A stretch of 64,000 nt of DNA, taken from contig NIVC01003597.1 of assembly GCA_002269645.1 (NCBI GenBank), positions 1-64,000 of the forward strand, in the 5' to 3' direction. The notes beneath the pieces were generated by a model. The model did not search any database. It was given only the letters and a program-made list of their open reading frames with translations, and was not told the DNA's origin. Positions 1 through 16,159 of the stretch are shown piece by piece. The DNA comes from Macrostomum lignano. Taxonomy: Eukaryota. Within the stretch, counting starts at the first letter, position 1; every line of letters begins with the position of its first letter. The translations under genes and the position numbers were made by a program.

Positions 1-1492
1 ATTTTTTGAAAACGCGACAACAACAGAGGGGTGTTTTTATGTACTTTTCCCGCAATTTGGCAGGCGTGACTTTCTTCTTAACAAGTTTTGTCACACAAAA
101 AATTAATCGCGGTAAAGTGCATACAGACTAGCGAGGAACAGATGGGTCCGTGTTACGTGGCGTGTTTTTATCTGAAAATCATATTTTGTACTCACGGGGT
201 TTTTTGCTCTCCACTTGTCTGTCCATCCTGCTTCACCCCTTTATAGTGTGTTTTTTTGCATTTTTCCTGCTTCTAGGAGAGATGCAGGGCGGAACACGTG
301 GTGACTGAGGGCTGCAGTTGGATGTCAGCCCTTAAGTCCAGTTCAAGAACGCTATTGTTCACACCACAGACATTAAGGCATCAATTATTAGTTTGCGTAG
401 ACTGGGGCTTTAAGAAAAAAACTTGCACTTCTCAGCTCTTCTATTGATTTAGCAACTCATGCACACACGCAACACTTTGCTTTTAAAGTGTCCGCTAGGC
501 TAAAACACCTGAGCTCTCACGTCAGTAATAAACTTGTTTTTCCCTTACAAATTATATGCGATCGGGTATAATTAAAAGACATCCCAATCGATTCACAAAA
601 TTACAGAAGACCCTGATTATCGAGGGTGTGCAAATATTAAAAATTTACCTGTAGCACCTGTGGCTCACATTTGTTCACACCTGAATTAGAAGCCTTTAGG
701 TGCTATTTTTTCTGAGCCTCTGCCTACGGCTCTTTTGACTGTTGGGCGTCACTAGCAACCTAGCAATATCTGGTTATCTGGGGGATGCTTGCTATTTGGG
801 GGATGCTTGCTATTTGTGGAACGCTGGTTATCTTTGTGAAGGTTTTATTTGTAGTGTACTTTATAAAAAATCGATTCATAGCAAACATCTTTGTCTGTGA
901 CTATTATACTCGAATAAGTTTATTTATAAAGCTGAAGAAGGAATATGTTCTTTAGAAAATGTGCGTTTATATTGGATTTGCATAAATAATTTTTGCTCCT
1001 TGCTTATTGGCCGCCCGAAGGGGGCACTAGATTGCTAGTCAGATATACTAAATTTTCGATTGTTTAGGACGAAAACAACTTGAAGAATTTCAGTCATGAA
1101 ATTTGTGAAATTTCATTAGTAACGTCAAAGTCTAAATGAAGTTTCTGGTAACTTCTTACTGAGCAGCACTACCGTACCTAACGAAACAAGTACAAATAAG
1201 TGATATAAACTTAGCAGTGAGAAGGAGACAGGTGAGAGTTTCTAAACATCGGAGAACGCCGGACACTAGATGCTAAGCGGCGCTCTTCAAGTTTACTGAC
1301 TGTGCTTCGCTAACTAAGCTATAAGTTTTACACAGCCCACTTAGTGCCTGCACCTGTTGGTTAATCCTCTGTAGCCAAGCGTTAAACTAATCTAAAAGCA
1401 ACAGGGGTATTTCCTGGGCAGCTGTAATCTTTAGGTTACTGTAATAACAGACTCTGTTTTAATTTCAGTCACAGCTCAGTTTTCCACTTCTG

Positions 1493-6382
<4,890 letters not shown>

Positions 6383-6546
6383 GCTTGAGATTTTCAACTT
6401 TCAATCACTCGTTAGAGAAACAAACTGTCGGTAAAGACGCCCCCGAAAAACAAGTTTTGAGATGAGGAGTGCTAGTTTCTTTCTCTTGCAACTAGACTTT
6501 TATAGTTTCTGCTCTGGGGGGGGGGTGCAAAAGAATTCGATCCAGT

Positions 6547-6561
6547 GTCTCCCATGGCAAC
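6547..6561. promoter_or_regulatory. Candidate RFX X-box upstream of the guanylate cyclase
   Basis: GTCTCCCATGGCAAC approximates GTNRCC(N0-3)RGYAAC with one mismatch, about 165 nt upstream of the ATG at 6382. Confidence 0.35.
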
Positions 6562-8412
6562 CGCGGCATGCACCAACCAGTTCTCATCAGTGGTGTTGAA
6601 GTCTCTGCAGCAATGGGACTTAGGAATTAATTGGCGGCATTGAAATGAATGGCGGCAGTCGGTAACGCGGCTTGAAGCTAATTACAACAGAGCCCCACGA
6701 ACGTCCCCAAACTAAACTAACTACAGGATATGATTCGCTTTTTAATGAGACTGAGCTATGTAAGTTTGGGGATGTTTTGGGGAGTATTTTGACAGCCGTC
6801 CATGCGTTTCAAAGCATGAGTTTGATTCGGTAGCCCAGTGCTCATTAGAAAGTCACTTTGTGGGTATGAAAAAAACGCAAAAAATCATCATTCAACTCCT
6901 TTTTTGCTTCCATTTGGTCGAGTCCTGCAATCTGGTTGCACAATGCCTTTCCAACTCCTGCTCACTTGCATAAAGTACTTTGCTAGCACGCTCCAGTTTA
7001 TCTCTGTTCAAAACAACATGCAGCAGTCTACGGTACAGGCGTAATTTCAACGCTGCAACTTCCCTATTGATTGGCGCAGGTGCTTGAATGTCTGGCTAAG
7101 GATATGAATCAAAGAGAGTCAATAAAGAAAGCTTTTATTTGACAAAGTCAATGTTAGAGATGGGGCTGGGAATTGAGCCTTGGGCCACAATTGAAAGAGT
7201 CGTGGAAAAGGAGTTGATGCCTTGCGGAAAGTCTGAAAAAGCAGAAAGAGTATCGCTCTCAAAGAAATGCATTTAGAAGAAGATAAGATAGAAAGGGCAA
7301 TATAGTGAATAGGGTGTAAGTAGAATAGGTGAAAATGGAAAACCAATTATGGATCAAAGAGACGTTCAAGGACACTTAGAAGCAGCTGAGTTGATTGCTT
7401 TTCTGAGCTAATCAGCGCAGTTCAAGGAGTAGAAGGAAATGAGATTCAAGATGTCTGGCTTCTGTAGGGCGTTGCAAAGTTCTTGACAAGGAAAATATGG
7501 CTACTTGGAATGAGCGAATGAGCGACAGTACAAAGGCCCTCATTGTAGCGTCAGGCTGGCAGTGAACTGATGATGCCAGGGTTCCGACAGCTTTCTGTAT
7601 CGGTAAATACAGGGACAGGAATAATCTGGAAGAGAAACACAGTGTAGCACAGTGTTTGCGGCTGTCAACGTATCCGATGACGATGTTTGAGGCTGCGTGA
7701 CTATCAGGCTGGAGTAAATGAAATGCGCACAGCTGATTCTGGGGGAGAGTTGTCAAATCGCAGCTGGAGGTCGGGCTTGTCCTTTCGTTATTGAGTTCAT
7801 ATTCGTGTGCTTCAGTTTGACTGAGGCGCCCTCCAGAATGGACTAGAGAGCTATTGGGGTAATAGAGTGGCTGGTTTATGAATTGGCTCAAGATATTCTT
7901 CTCTCTTTATTTTGCTGTCTCTGGTCTGACGGTGTTTTGTGTGCACAGCAGTGGGCAACGGGGCGTCTCAGGGTGTGACAATGCACCCTGCCGAGAGGCG
8001 GGGTGGACAGTAGAGTGAAGGAGAGGAAGAGGGCGCTGGATGGCTCTTGAGGGGTGGTGGCACAGTGGACGGCACACACAGTCAGACCGTTCCAGTCTTC
8101 TAGACAGGGGGGGGGGTTGCGGCGACAGGAGGTTGGTGCGGTTGCTGGCGGGGTAAGCAGACAGCCAAGCTATCAAATTGCCGAAGAGAAAAAAGCAAAG
8201 CTTATTATTGTAACTCTTACTGAATAAGAGGGAAAGAAAAGGACTAGAGATCTCGGTAAGAGAGCGGTAGAGGAGCGAGGGCTTTTCTGTTGCCAAGGCT
8301 GCAACTTTGAGTGATATAGCGCTTATGAACTGAAAGCTGCTTTGAGAAAGAGAATCTCGAAGAAGTATTGACTTTGGCACGTTAATCCTACCGCCCGGAG
8401 AACAACAGCAAT

Positions 8413-8967
8413 ATGGATAAGGCAAGTGTACACTCTGAAGAGGACACTCTTGCGCCTATGCAGACTGTTCAACCACCGCGTGGACCAGCTGGTGGTGCCA
8501 GGCGCGGCACGTTGATGGGCCCGAGAAAGTCCATCGCGGTGGGCCTGCTTGGCCGCTCCTCCGTGTGGACGCTCGGTCGCAAGAGTAAAGCGCAGGACGT
8601 GAAACTGGAGAACACTTACCGGATGCAGCCTAAGGATGAAGAACGCCTGATGTCCTACCGTCTTCGCCCGACTATACAGGAAGCCCTGGAGGAATGCCTG
8701 GCAAGCTACAGCTACAGCGAGGCTACTGCTGGCAAGAAGGTTTGCGAGGTCGCCCAGATCATCCGCGACCGGGTCAAGGACGCCGGCTTCTTGCGCTACA
8801 AGCTGGTGGTGCAGGTCCAGCTACTACAGCGCCGCCCAGACCTGTCAATCACCGTCGGCAGCCGGGCTGTCTGGTCGGCGGAAGTCGGCGACACCTGTCT
8901 GGAGGTGAAGTACAACACGAAATCAGTGCGAGCGTTGGCCACTGTGCACGCGTTTTACTTTGAGTAA
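8413..8967 (+). CDS. Tctex-1 domain dynein light chain (TCTEX1D/DYNLT5-like), 184 aa, single exon
   Basis: ATG-to-TAA ORF. LENTYRMQP, IRDRVKD.GFLRYKLVVQV, SRAVW...DT and VHAFYFE* match the Tctex-1 family pattern. Confidence 0.9.
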   Translation: MDKASVHSEEDTLAPMQTVQPPRGPAGGARRGTLMGPRKSIAVGLLGRSSVWTLGRKSKAQDVKLENTYRMQPKDEERLMSYRLRPTIQEALEECLASYSYSEATAGKKVCEVAQIIRDRVKDAGFLRYKLVVQVQLLQRRPDLSITVGSRAVWSAEVGDTCLEVKYNTKSVRALATVHAFYFE

Positions 8968-9753
8968 GAGAGTATCGCTGAGCCGCTTACTTTAACATTG
9001 TCTCTTTGCCATAAGTTGGACAGTCCTATCGCCTACGAAAATGAGCTATCCGCGTTTTAAGTTTCACTGCCCGATTTAAAGTTATTTAGATCCCTTTTTT
9101 ACAAATTTTCTGTATTGCTTCTGCTGTCCTTGGGCACGGTTAAACTTATTAATAATATACAAGCTCTGCGCGTAATAGACTGATATAGAGGTAATATATG
9201 TGCCACGTTTGTATTTCACAGAGACCGCCTATTTTGTTACGCGCTTAAAATTATCGAGTTACGACTTATCTGATTTATTTTAGGTTCGATGACATTTTTC
9301 CGACAGTAAAGCCGCTTTTCTCGTGCATTGTGCTCCCAGTTGGCTCTCTTGAGTCTATTGTATCCTGCAGCAAGCAAAATAACAAGCAATAACGATAGAA
9401 TTGTAAGCATATTTTGCTCAGTCCTTATTTTTTTGTGACATTTTTGAGTACGCTAGCGATTGGAGCATGAATGCTGGGATTAAATCTACAAAATTTTTGT
9501 GTATTAATATGGCAGAGAATTTTCTCTAACTATATAGTGAATTGGTACGGCTATGATACATTAAAAATGGGAGAGCATTTTAAAAAGAGATTAGCAGCGG
9601 CGCTGTTAAAGGAATATCAATAGAACAATGCGAATGCAGATGAAAATACGAGCTTAGAAGTCAGAGATACGAGTATTCAACATTACTAACTATTATTATA
9701 CAAGAGCAATCAGGTGAAACATCAATTTTCCTGTTGGCTATTGCAAATATTCA

Positions 9754-12246
9754 TTAGTCGCTGGATGAATCATCCTCTGAGCTGAGCAGAAATCTCGACT
9801 GGCCGGTCTCAGACGCGTCGCTGGGTCGGCGGGAGACAAAGTGTCGCCGACGATGGTTCAAGTCTTCTGATCGCTGCCTCGCATGCGAGTCATAAATCAG
9901 CCAGTCGCGCTCGTTCAGACGCGACATGTCGCTCAACGCGGCGCACACAGCATCGTGGTTGGTGAGGAAGATTGCGCGCTTGTCAATGCGGCTGATGCCG
10001 GCGTTGCTCAGCATGGCTCGGATTGCAAATCGGCAATTGCATAGGTAGACAGCGATGCCGGCCTCTTGAAAGTCTCCCACGATTCTATTAAATGTTGCCC
10101 AACCTGCAGAATCGATGAAGCTACAGCAGGACATGTCAATAATTACGTGATGCACATCTGACGTCTCTGGCATTGGAGCAAAGTGATTTTCGGTTGAAGG
10201 CGCTACGGAGATGGTTGCGTCACTCTCAGCGCCGGTTTCAGCAGCAGCTGCGACGGCTGCTGCATTTTGGCGTCTACCATTTGGGACGATTGATAGGAAT
10301 CGCTTAAGACTGCGCAATCGTCTTTCGTACCGGCGCTTCTGCAAAATCAGCTTCCTTGGATTAACCGTCATGCTGTACAGGCAAGATTGAAAATGGTCTG
10401 CTGATGAGAAAAATAGGGGTCCTTCGCAACGGAACATCTTTATACCATCAATCTCCTTGGCGTTTGGAGTTAATGCAATGTTTTTGTAGATGTCCGTATG
10501 CTCGATTCGCCCAAGGACGCAACAGTAGGGCCACTGGAAACGAAATATCACCGTGATGAGGGAGAAACCAATTCCAATCATAACACCCGTGTTGGCATCG
10601 GTGAAAATGACAGCAAAAAAAGCGACCAGCCACAGAGAAGCATCTATTCTGCTGGTGCGCCAAAGAGCTGGCAGGTCTTTTAACTGCCAAAGAACCGAGC
10701 GCAAGTTCACCACAATGATCGCTGACAGAATACACGTCGGAGTGCTTTCAAACAGTGTTCCAAGGAAAAGCAATGTGATCAGCACGAGACCGGATGCGAT
10801 CAGATTAGCCACCTGCGTGCGACCGCCAATCGATTCGTGCAGATTAGAGCAGGTCATTGAGCTTGTGGACACGAAGCAACCGGTAAAAGATCCGAGTATG
10901 TTAGCAGCTCCGTAAGCCAGAAACTCCTGATTCGCGTCGATGTCATTGTCATACTTCAGTGAGAATTTTTTAGCCAATGAAACCGTAATGACAAATGACA
11001 CAATGGCAATAATTAATATGTCTCGCAACAGAATGGAGTCCATGCTGACTGGAGGTGGGGACTCAGCAGGCGGTAGGCCAGTCGGTATGCGGCCAACCAT
11101 TTCAACGCCAAGTTGTTGAAATCCGGTCAGTCCTGATATCAGAGTAGCCATCAGGACAACAATGAGCTCTGTTGGTACCGTGGCCTTCCAGCGGCGCTTT
11201 ACAAACCGATTGAGCCGCTTAAGACCAGCCATACTGACCATGGCAACCAATGATATAATTAGAGTGTAGGTATTTGCTCTAGGTAGACTGACAATTGCGA
11301 AATATATCAGCTTAAAGTTTTCCATCACGCCTACTGGTGGTGTGTCCTCAGGAATTCGCACTTCGCAGCCCAGAAGAGCGGAGATCTGGCTTAAAATTAT
11401 CTCGATCGCGGTAGCCGTCGTGAATCCATTGACCAATGGGTCGCTGAGGTAGTTGGTGAGCATGCCAAGCCGCATCACGCTGAAAATCAGTTGGAATATT
11501 CCAACCAGAAGGCTTATCATCAAAACTACACCAAGCAGCTGTTCTTTGATAGCAGCGTCTGCCGAAGTTCCATTGACGCCTGTCGTGTGGGTCAGGTTGT
11601 GCAGCCTCACGTTGTGTATTCGCTCCAAGTATTCCTTAGCAACCTGGCCAACTAACAACGAGACAACGCCCTGACAAGTAACTACCAGGTGAGGTGAGGT
11701 GCCCAGGACGCAGTAAACTAGCGAGGCCACAAGGGCAGTGTAGAGGCCGTGCACAGGAGTGACAAGAGCAAGTAGCGCGTATGCCATACTCTGCGGAATG
11801 CGCATCACCCCTGTGGACAACCCCGATAGCAAGTCATGCGGGAAATACTCGCGCCACCGATAGTGATGCAGGGTGACAATTATTGGCAGGTACTGGCAGG
11901 TGAGGTCAATACATGTCCGCGCAGGTCTTGGCGGAATATACACTGTGTCGATAAAATGCTCTCTCAGAGCAGCTTCTTCGATTTCCTCTGTGTAGATACT
12001 CTCGAACTGGTGCTGCGAGTAGACCGGCCGTTTGATGCGCACAATTTCGTCCATGTTGTGACCCATCATCGAAGTTGTTGCCGACCGAATGTCATCACCT
12101 TCAACGCCGAGGAAGCCGTCGGCAGCTGGAGTTGGTAGGATCGGTGAAGCCAGTGGAATTGTTGTCGATTCCGATGGCTCCTCTTCCGGCACCAGCGGAT
12201 GATGGCGACCGACAATTCCGGCGTACGTCTTACGACGTCTTTTCAT
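9754..12246 (-). CDS. SLC26/SulP family anion transporter with C-terminal STAS domain (prestin/pendrin-like), 830 aa, intronless
   Basis: DLLSGLSTGVMRIPQSMAYALLA, NYLSDPLVNGFTTA, NQEFLAYGAANILGSF, GGRTQVA, FRCEGPLFF and the STAS motif IIDMSCCSFIDSAG in one uninterrupted ORF. Confidence 0.96.
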   Translation of the reverse strand: MKRRRKTYAGIVGRHHPLVPEEEPSESTTIPLASPILPTPAADGFLGVEGDDIRSATTSMMGHNMDEIVRIKRPVYSQHQFESIYTEEIEEAALREHFIDTVYIPPRPARTCIDLTCQYLPIIVTLHHYRWREYFPHDLLSGLSTGVMRIPQSMAYALLALVTPVHGLYTALVASLVYCVLGTSPHLVVTCQGVVSLLVGQVAKEYLERIHNVRLHNLTHTTGVNGTSADAAIKEQLLGVVLMISLLVGIFQLIFSVMRLGMLTNYLSDPLVNGFTTATAIEIILSQISALLGCEVRIPEDTPPVGVMENFKLIYFAIVSLPRANTYTLIISLVAMVSMAGLKRLNRFVKRRWKATVPTELIVVLMATLISGLTGFQQLGVEMVGRIPTGLPPAESPPPVSMDSILLRDILIIAIVSFVITVSLAKKFSLKYDNDIDANQEFLAYGAANILGSFTGCFVSTSSMTCSNLHESIGGRTQVANLIASGLVLITLLFLGTLFESTPTCILSAIIVVNLRSVLWQLKDLPALWRTSRIDASLWLVAFFAVIFTDANTGVMIGIGFSLITVIFRFQWPYCCVLGRIEHTDIYKNIALTPNAKEIDGIKMFRCEGPLFFSSADHFQSCLYSMTVNPRKLILQKRRYERRLRSLKRFLSIVPNGRRQNAAAVAAAAETGAESDATISVAPSTENHFAPMPETSDVHHVIIDMSCCSFIDSAGWATFNRIVGDFQEAGIAVYLCNCRFAIRAMLSNAGISRIDKRAIFLTNHDAVCAALSDMSRLNERDWLIYDSHARQRSEDLNHRRRHFVSRRPSDASETGQSRFLLSSEDDSSSD

Positions 12247-15200
12247 GCTGAAAGCTGCGTTGCGCAGAAGTTTTCAAATTGTGTCTGAGTTCTCTTCTGG
12301 GAGCACTGTACGTGTTCAGCTCTTTATCTATTCAATTTTTGCTCTCTTGTGCTCGCTCTCTTTAGTGAATTTTAACCGTCCTGCTCTCTTAAATCGTCTC
12401 TAACTCTTCTAACACTTCTGAGTCACTTTGAACAAATTTGACTTGAATGTTGCCAGCGGTCCTGCTCTGGAAATTTTCTGTAATGTGCCTGCCACTGCAA
12501 GGTGCTAGTCTTGTACATTCACGCTGCTATCAGATAGCTCGCAATGCTCGCTTTCTAAGTAAGCAAGATATTTCCAATGGACACCCAAGCCTCTGTTTTT
12601 ATCTCACTATCAGAGCTAGCAGATGCAACCAAGTCAAAGCCACCTTATTCTACACATGCTTTTCACTACTTGGCTCGACGTGCTACAAACTTAAATGGAG
12701 GCGTTCTGCCTATATGCATGTTGCTGAAAGACATACATGTAGCTGTAGCATTATTAGTTCACAGTCTGAAGAAGGTACTAGTAATTTAGGGCTATTGTCA
12801 CGTCTTGACCACAAATTGGGAGTTTCTAAGAAATCTTATCTTCGTTTGCATATAAAAATTTGCGAGCAAGGCTGGGGCTTGGAATGCTCCAATTACGAGC
12901 TATTAAATACGGCATCAGAAACCGCAACACATGCCCCCCTCGTCTCTCATTAACTCAATAGAAATTCCACTAAATGAGACATTGTGTTAATCTTGCATGC
13001 ACTTGTAATTGCAACGATATTCTTGAGCTGATAAGAATTATTCATGCGGTTATGCTTTTTTATAGCCTTTTAGCATTTCTATGCATGTGGTCGTGCAAAA
13101 AAACTTATCAAATATATATGTGCGTGCATACGGCACTAATCCCGCGAAAAGTACCTTTGCAGAAAATTATACATCAATGCACACTAATCAAGAAATAATG
13201 GATAATGGATAACGAATAATAATGGAGGCGAGCAAAGGGTTCCAAAGTTTCAGATTCACAATATATTTTCTAGAAGTGCAGGCGCAGCTGGAATCCGTTG
13301 AAAACCCGTTGTGCTGTGAGGCAGCGTATGGAGACGCGAGAATTAAGCGATTGTAGGCATAAAACAATTGCAGGTAATCGTTTTTAAATCCCAGTCGTAA
13401 TTTAATAATTGAACTAGAATGCTTACAGCAACGCACACCCAACCCAGCCTTCTAGGCCAGAATGGGGCAGACAGTAAAACCTCCCAGCCAATCAGAACGC
13501 GTGAACCCTAAGCGTGCCAGCTGCATGCAAAGCAAAGAGAAAGACCACCCAAAAATTTGCTGACAGAAAAATTTAATAGGTGACAGTGAACAAAATAAAA
13601 TGTGTGATATTACTTTCGGGCATTCAATTCTTTATTATCCGACTTCATTCGAAGAAAAATTTAGTTTATACCATATTCAATATGTTTATTATTTGAAAAT
13701 ACAAAAACAAAAGCCAGGGCGCAAAAACTTGTTTGAAATGTAAAGTTTAAAGACGCTTGGGTTTTGGGTTCAGCTGTAAAAGAACCGTCAACATCTTTGA
13801 TAGCAGAGCAAGCACGAGTCGTCTGATTCTATAGCAAATTTAGAATTTTACTAATTTAATTAACAAAGAACATCAAAAATAGGTCTAAAGTGTTTTATAG
13901 CACATTTTATCTGGTTTTTATGCATATTATTTACTCTAATTTTGTTATACTAATTTTTTGTTTACAACGCAGAATTCGATATCGAAACATTGTCTGCATT
14001 TTCATTTTCTTTGGGCTTTACTACATGCTGCGCCCTAGCGCCAGTTTTGTGTCCTTGTCTTGTCTCTCTTTTTATTAATCATTCTTAATTTCTAAGTTAA
14101 TTGTTTTGTTTTAAATTTGCTTGGGTTAAATATAAAATTAAAGCGTTTAGTCTCTTATTAAGATCATTTTATGCTAAACGCCCAGAGACAACCGTTTTTA
14201 ATCAAATCAGATCCGAAGTAGCTCTTAATAAAAATAGATGCTGAGTATTACATATATTCTGTTATAGGGTAGGGCTTTAAAAAGAATGGTATGTTTTTGT
14301 TAAGCTTTTGCTTTTTAGATTTGTATTTATTTATATATACTTTTAGTCGTTTTACTCGTAGACACATATATTGTGTGTTGTAGTGAACCTCATGCTTGCT
14401 AGTTGTTACTATCTAGAATTTTTTATGGTTTTATGGTTAATATTTTGGTAAAGCTTATACTCCTAGATTTTACCTGTTTTCAAAATTTCAAGTTTCAAGT
14501 TTCAAGTTTCAAGTTTTGAATAGAATTTTAAGCAGTATTGATAACTTAAAAAAATTAATGCCACTATTTATGCATAGAATTATTTGTTATTCAATATTGG
14601 CTTTGTATTCATTTTTTTTTATCTTTTTGTTTCAGTCAAAAGTTAAGGTTTATACTGTAGTTAATAGTTAGAAATTCTAAAATGAATTAACAAATTAAAT
14701 TAAATGTTTGTGCTGCTTTGCTTGCTTTCTTGCAAAATGTGATTTATTAAGTGTATTGAGTACCAAGCCTGGATTCATTTTGTAAATTGATAGACCAAAA
14801 TTTATCATCTGTTTAATTTTCAATCACCAAAAGTCTTTCAGTTTGGCCTTCTAGATATTATAGATTTGTCAATGAATAACAATTCATTGTGTTTCTGATG
14901 ACAGTAGATTGACACTGTGCATATTAAATTTGGATATTCAAGGTGCTGCTCTATTTACAATATCGATCGTTTTATTAAGGTATTACTAATACAGGCGCTG
15001 CTGTTGGCATCCTGGTTGAATGACCCATGCAGTGTACGTTCTCTGTACTGTTTTTTTAATCTTCGCTCTAGCTGATAAGCAAACCAAATTGACGTTTTCG
15101 GGTGGCTGGCAAAGCCTCCACAGATAAGAAATTCGCTCCAGAATGAGGCCATAGCAACTGAGCAAACAGTGTTAAGGGTACGCGAGAGAGAAAACTGATC

Positions 15201-15485
15201 CGCTAATCTTTACTTCTAGACAGGGCGTGTTTCACTTGACGCCAGCCAGGCGGTATTTGGCCTGGCTGTGGCGCTGCAATTTTTTCATGCTGTCTAGCGC
15301 AAAAAAATCTCTTTTAAACTCGCTGAACTGCGGGTGCAAGTGATTGGTGGCTAATGCGGTTGAACTCTTAAATGAACCCATTTTTAGGCTATGAGACACT
15401 GCTGCGCCTTTGGGTTTGGTGGAGAGTGCAGCACAAAATTATACAAGCAGCGATTGTTTAACTATATGACTGTCTTCTTGTTCGT

Positions 15486-16075
15486 CCTCCCTCCTCTCCT
15501 CTCCTCTCCTCTCCTCTCCTCTCCTCTCCTCTCCTCTCCTCTCCTCTCCTCTCCTCTCCTCTTATCTCCTCTCCTCTCTCTCCTCTCCTCTCCTCTCCTC
15601 TCCTCTCCTCTCCTCTCCTCTCCTCTCCTCTCCTCTCCTCTCCTCTTATCTCCTCTCCTCTCCTCTCCTCTCCTCTCCTCTCCTCTCCTCTCCTCTCCTC
15701 TCCTCTCCTCTCCTCTCCTCTCCTCTCCTCTTATCTCCTCTCCTCTCTCTCCTCTCCTCTCCTCTCCTCTTATCTCCTCTCTTCTCCTCTCCTCTCCTCT
15801 CCTCTTATCTCCTCTCCTCTCTCTCCTCTCCTCTCCTCTCCTCTCATCTCATCTCCTCTCATCTCCTCTCCTCTCCTCTCCTCTCCTCTCTCTCCTCTCT
15901 CTCCTCTCCTCTTATCTCATCTCCTCACATCTCCTCTCCTCTCCTCTCATCTCCTCTCCTCTTATCTCCTCTCTTCTCCTCTCCTCTCCTCTCCTCTTAT
16001 CTCCTCTTCTCTCTCTCCTCTCCTCTCCTCTCCTCTCCTCTCCTCTCTTCTCCTCTCCTCTCCTCTCCTCTCCTT
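15486..16075. repeat. (CTCTC)n pyrimidine pentanucleotide array upstream of tubby exon 1
   Basis: About 590 nt of CTCCT/CTCTC units with occasional TTAT/CAT variants; explains the spurious (LSSPL)n ORF. Confidence 0.98.
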
Positions 16076-16159
16076 TCCAAACGGTGTTCTGCCCAACACC
16101 CCGTTCTGTCAAAGCGGTTTCTGATATCCTGAGTAATCGTCGCAATTTTCAGCGCGATC

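Noticed and set aside
1010-1039. Small GC hairpin followed by CTAGT, like a Helitron 3-prime end
   Set aside because: The stem is only about 4 bp and no 5-prime TC end or second copy is visible.
7119-8425. Minus-strand ORFs of 75-172 aa between the cyclase and Tctex genes
   Set aside because: No recognisable motifs or consistent splice model; more likely UTR or promoter sequence.
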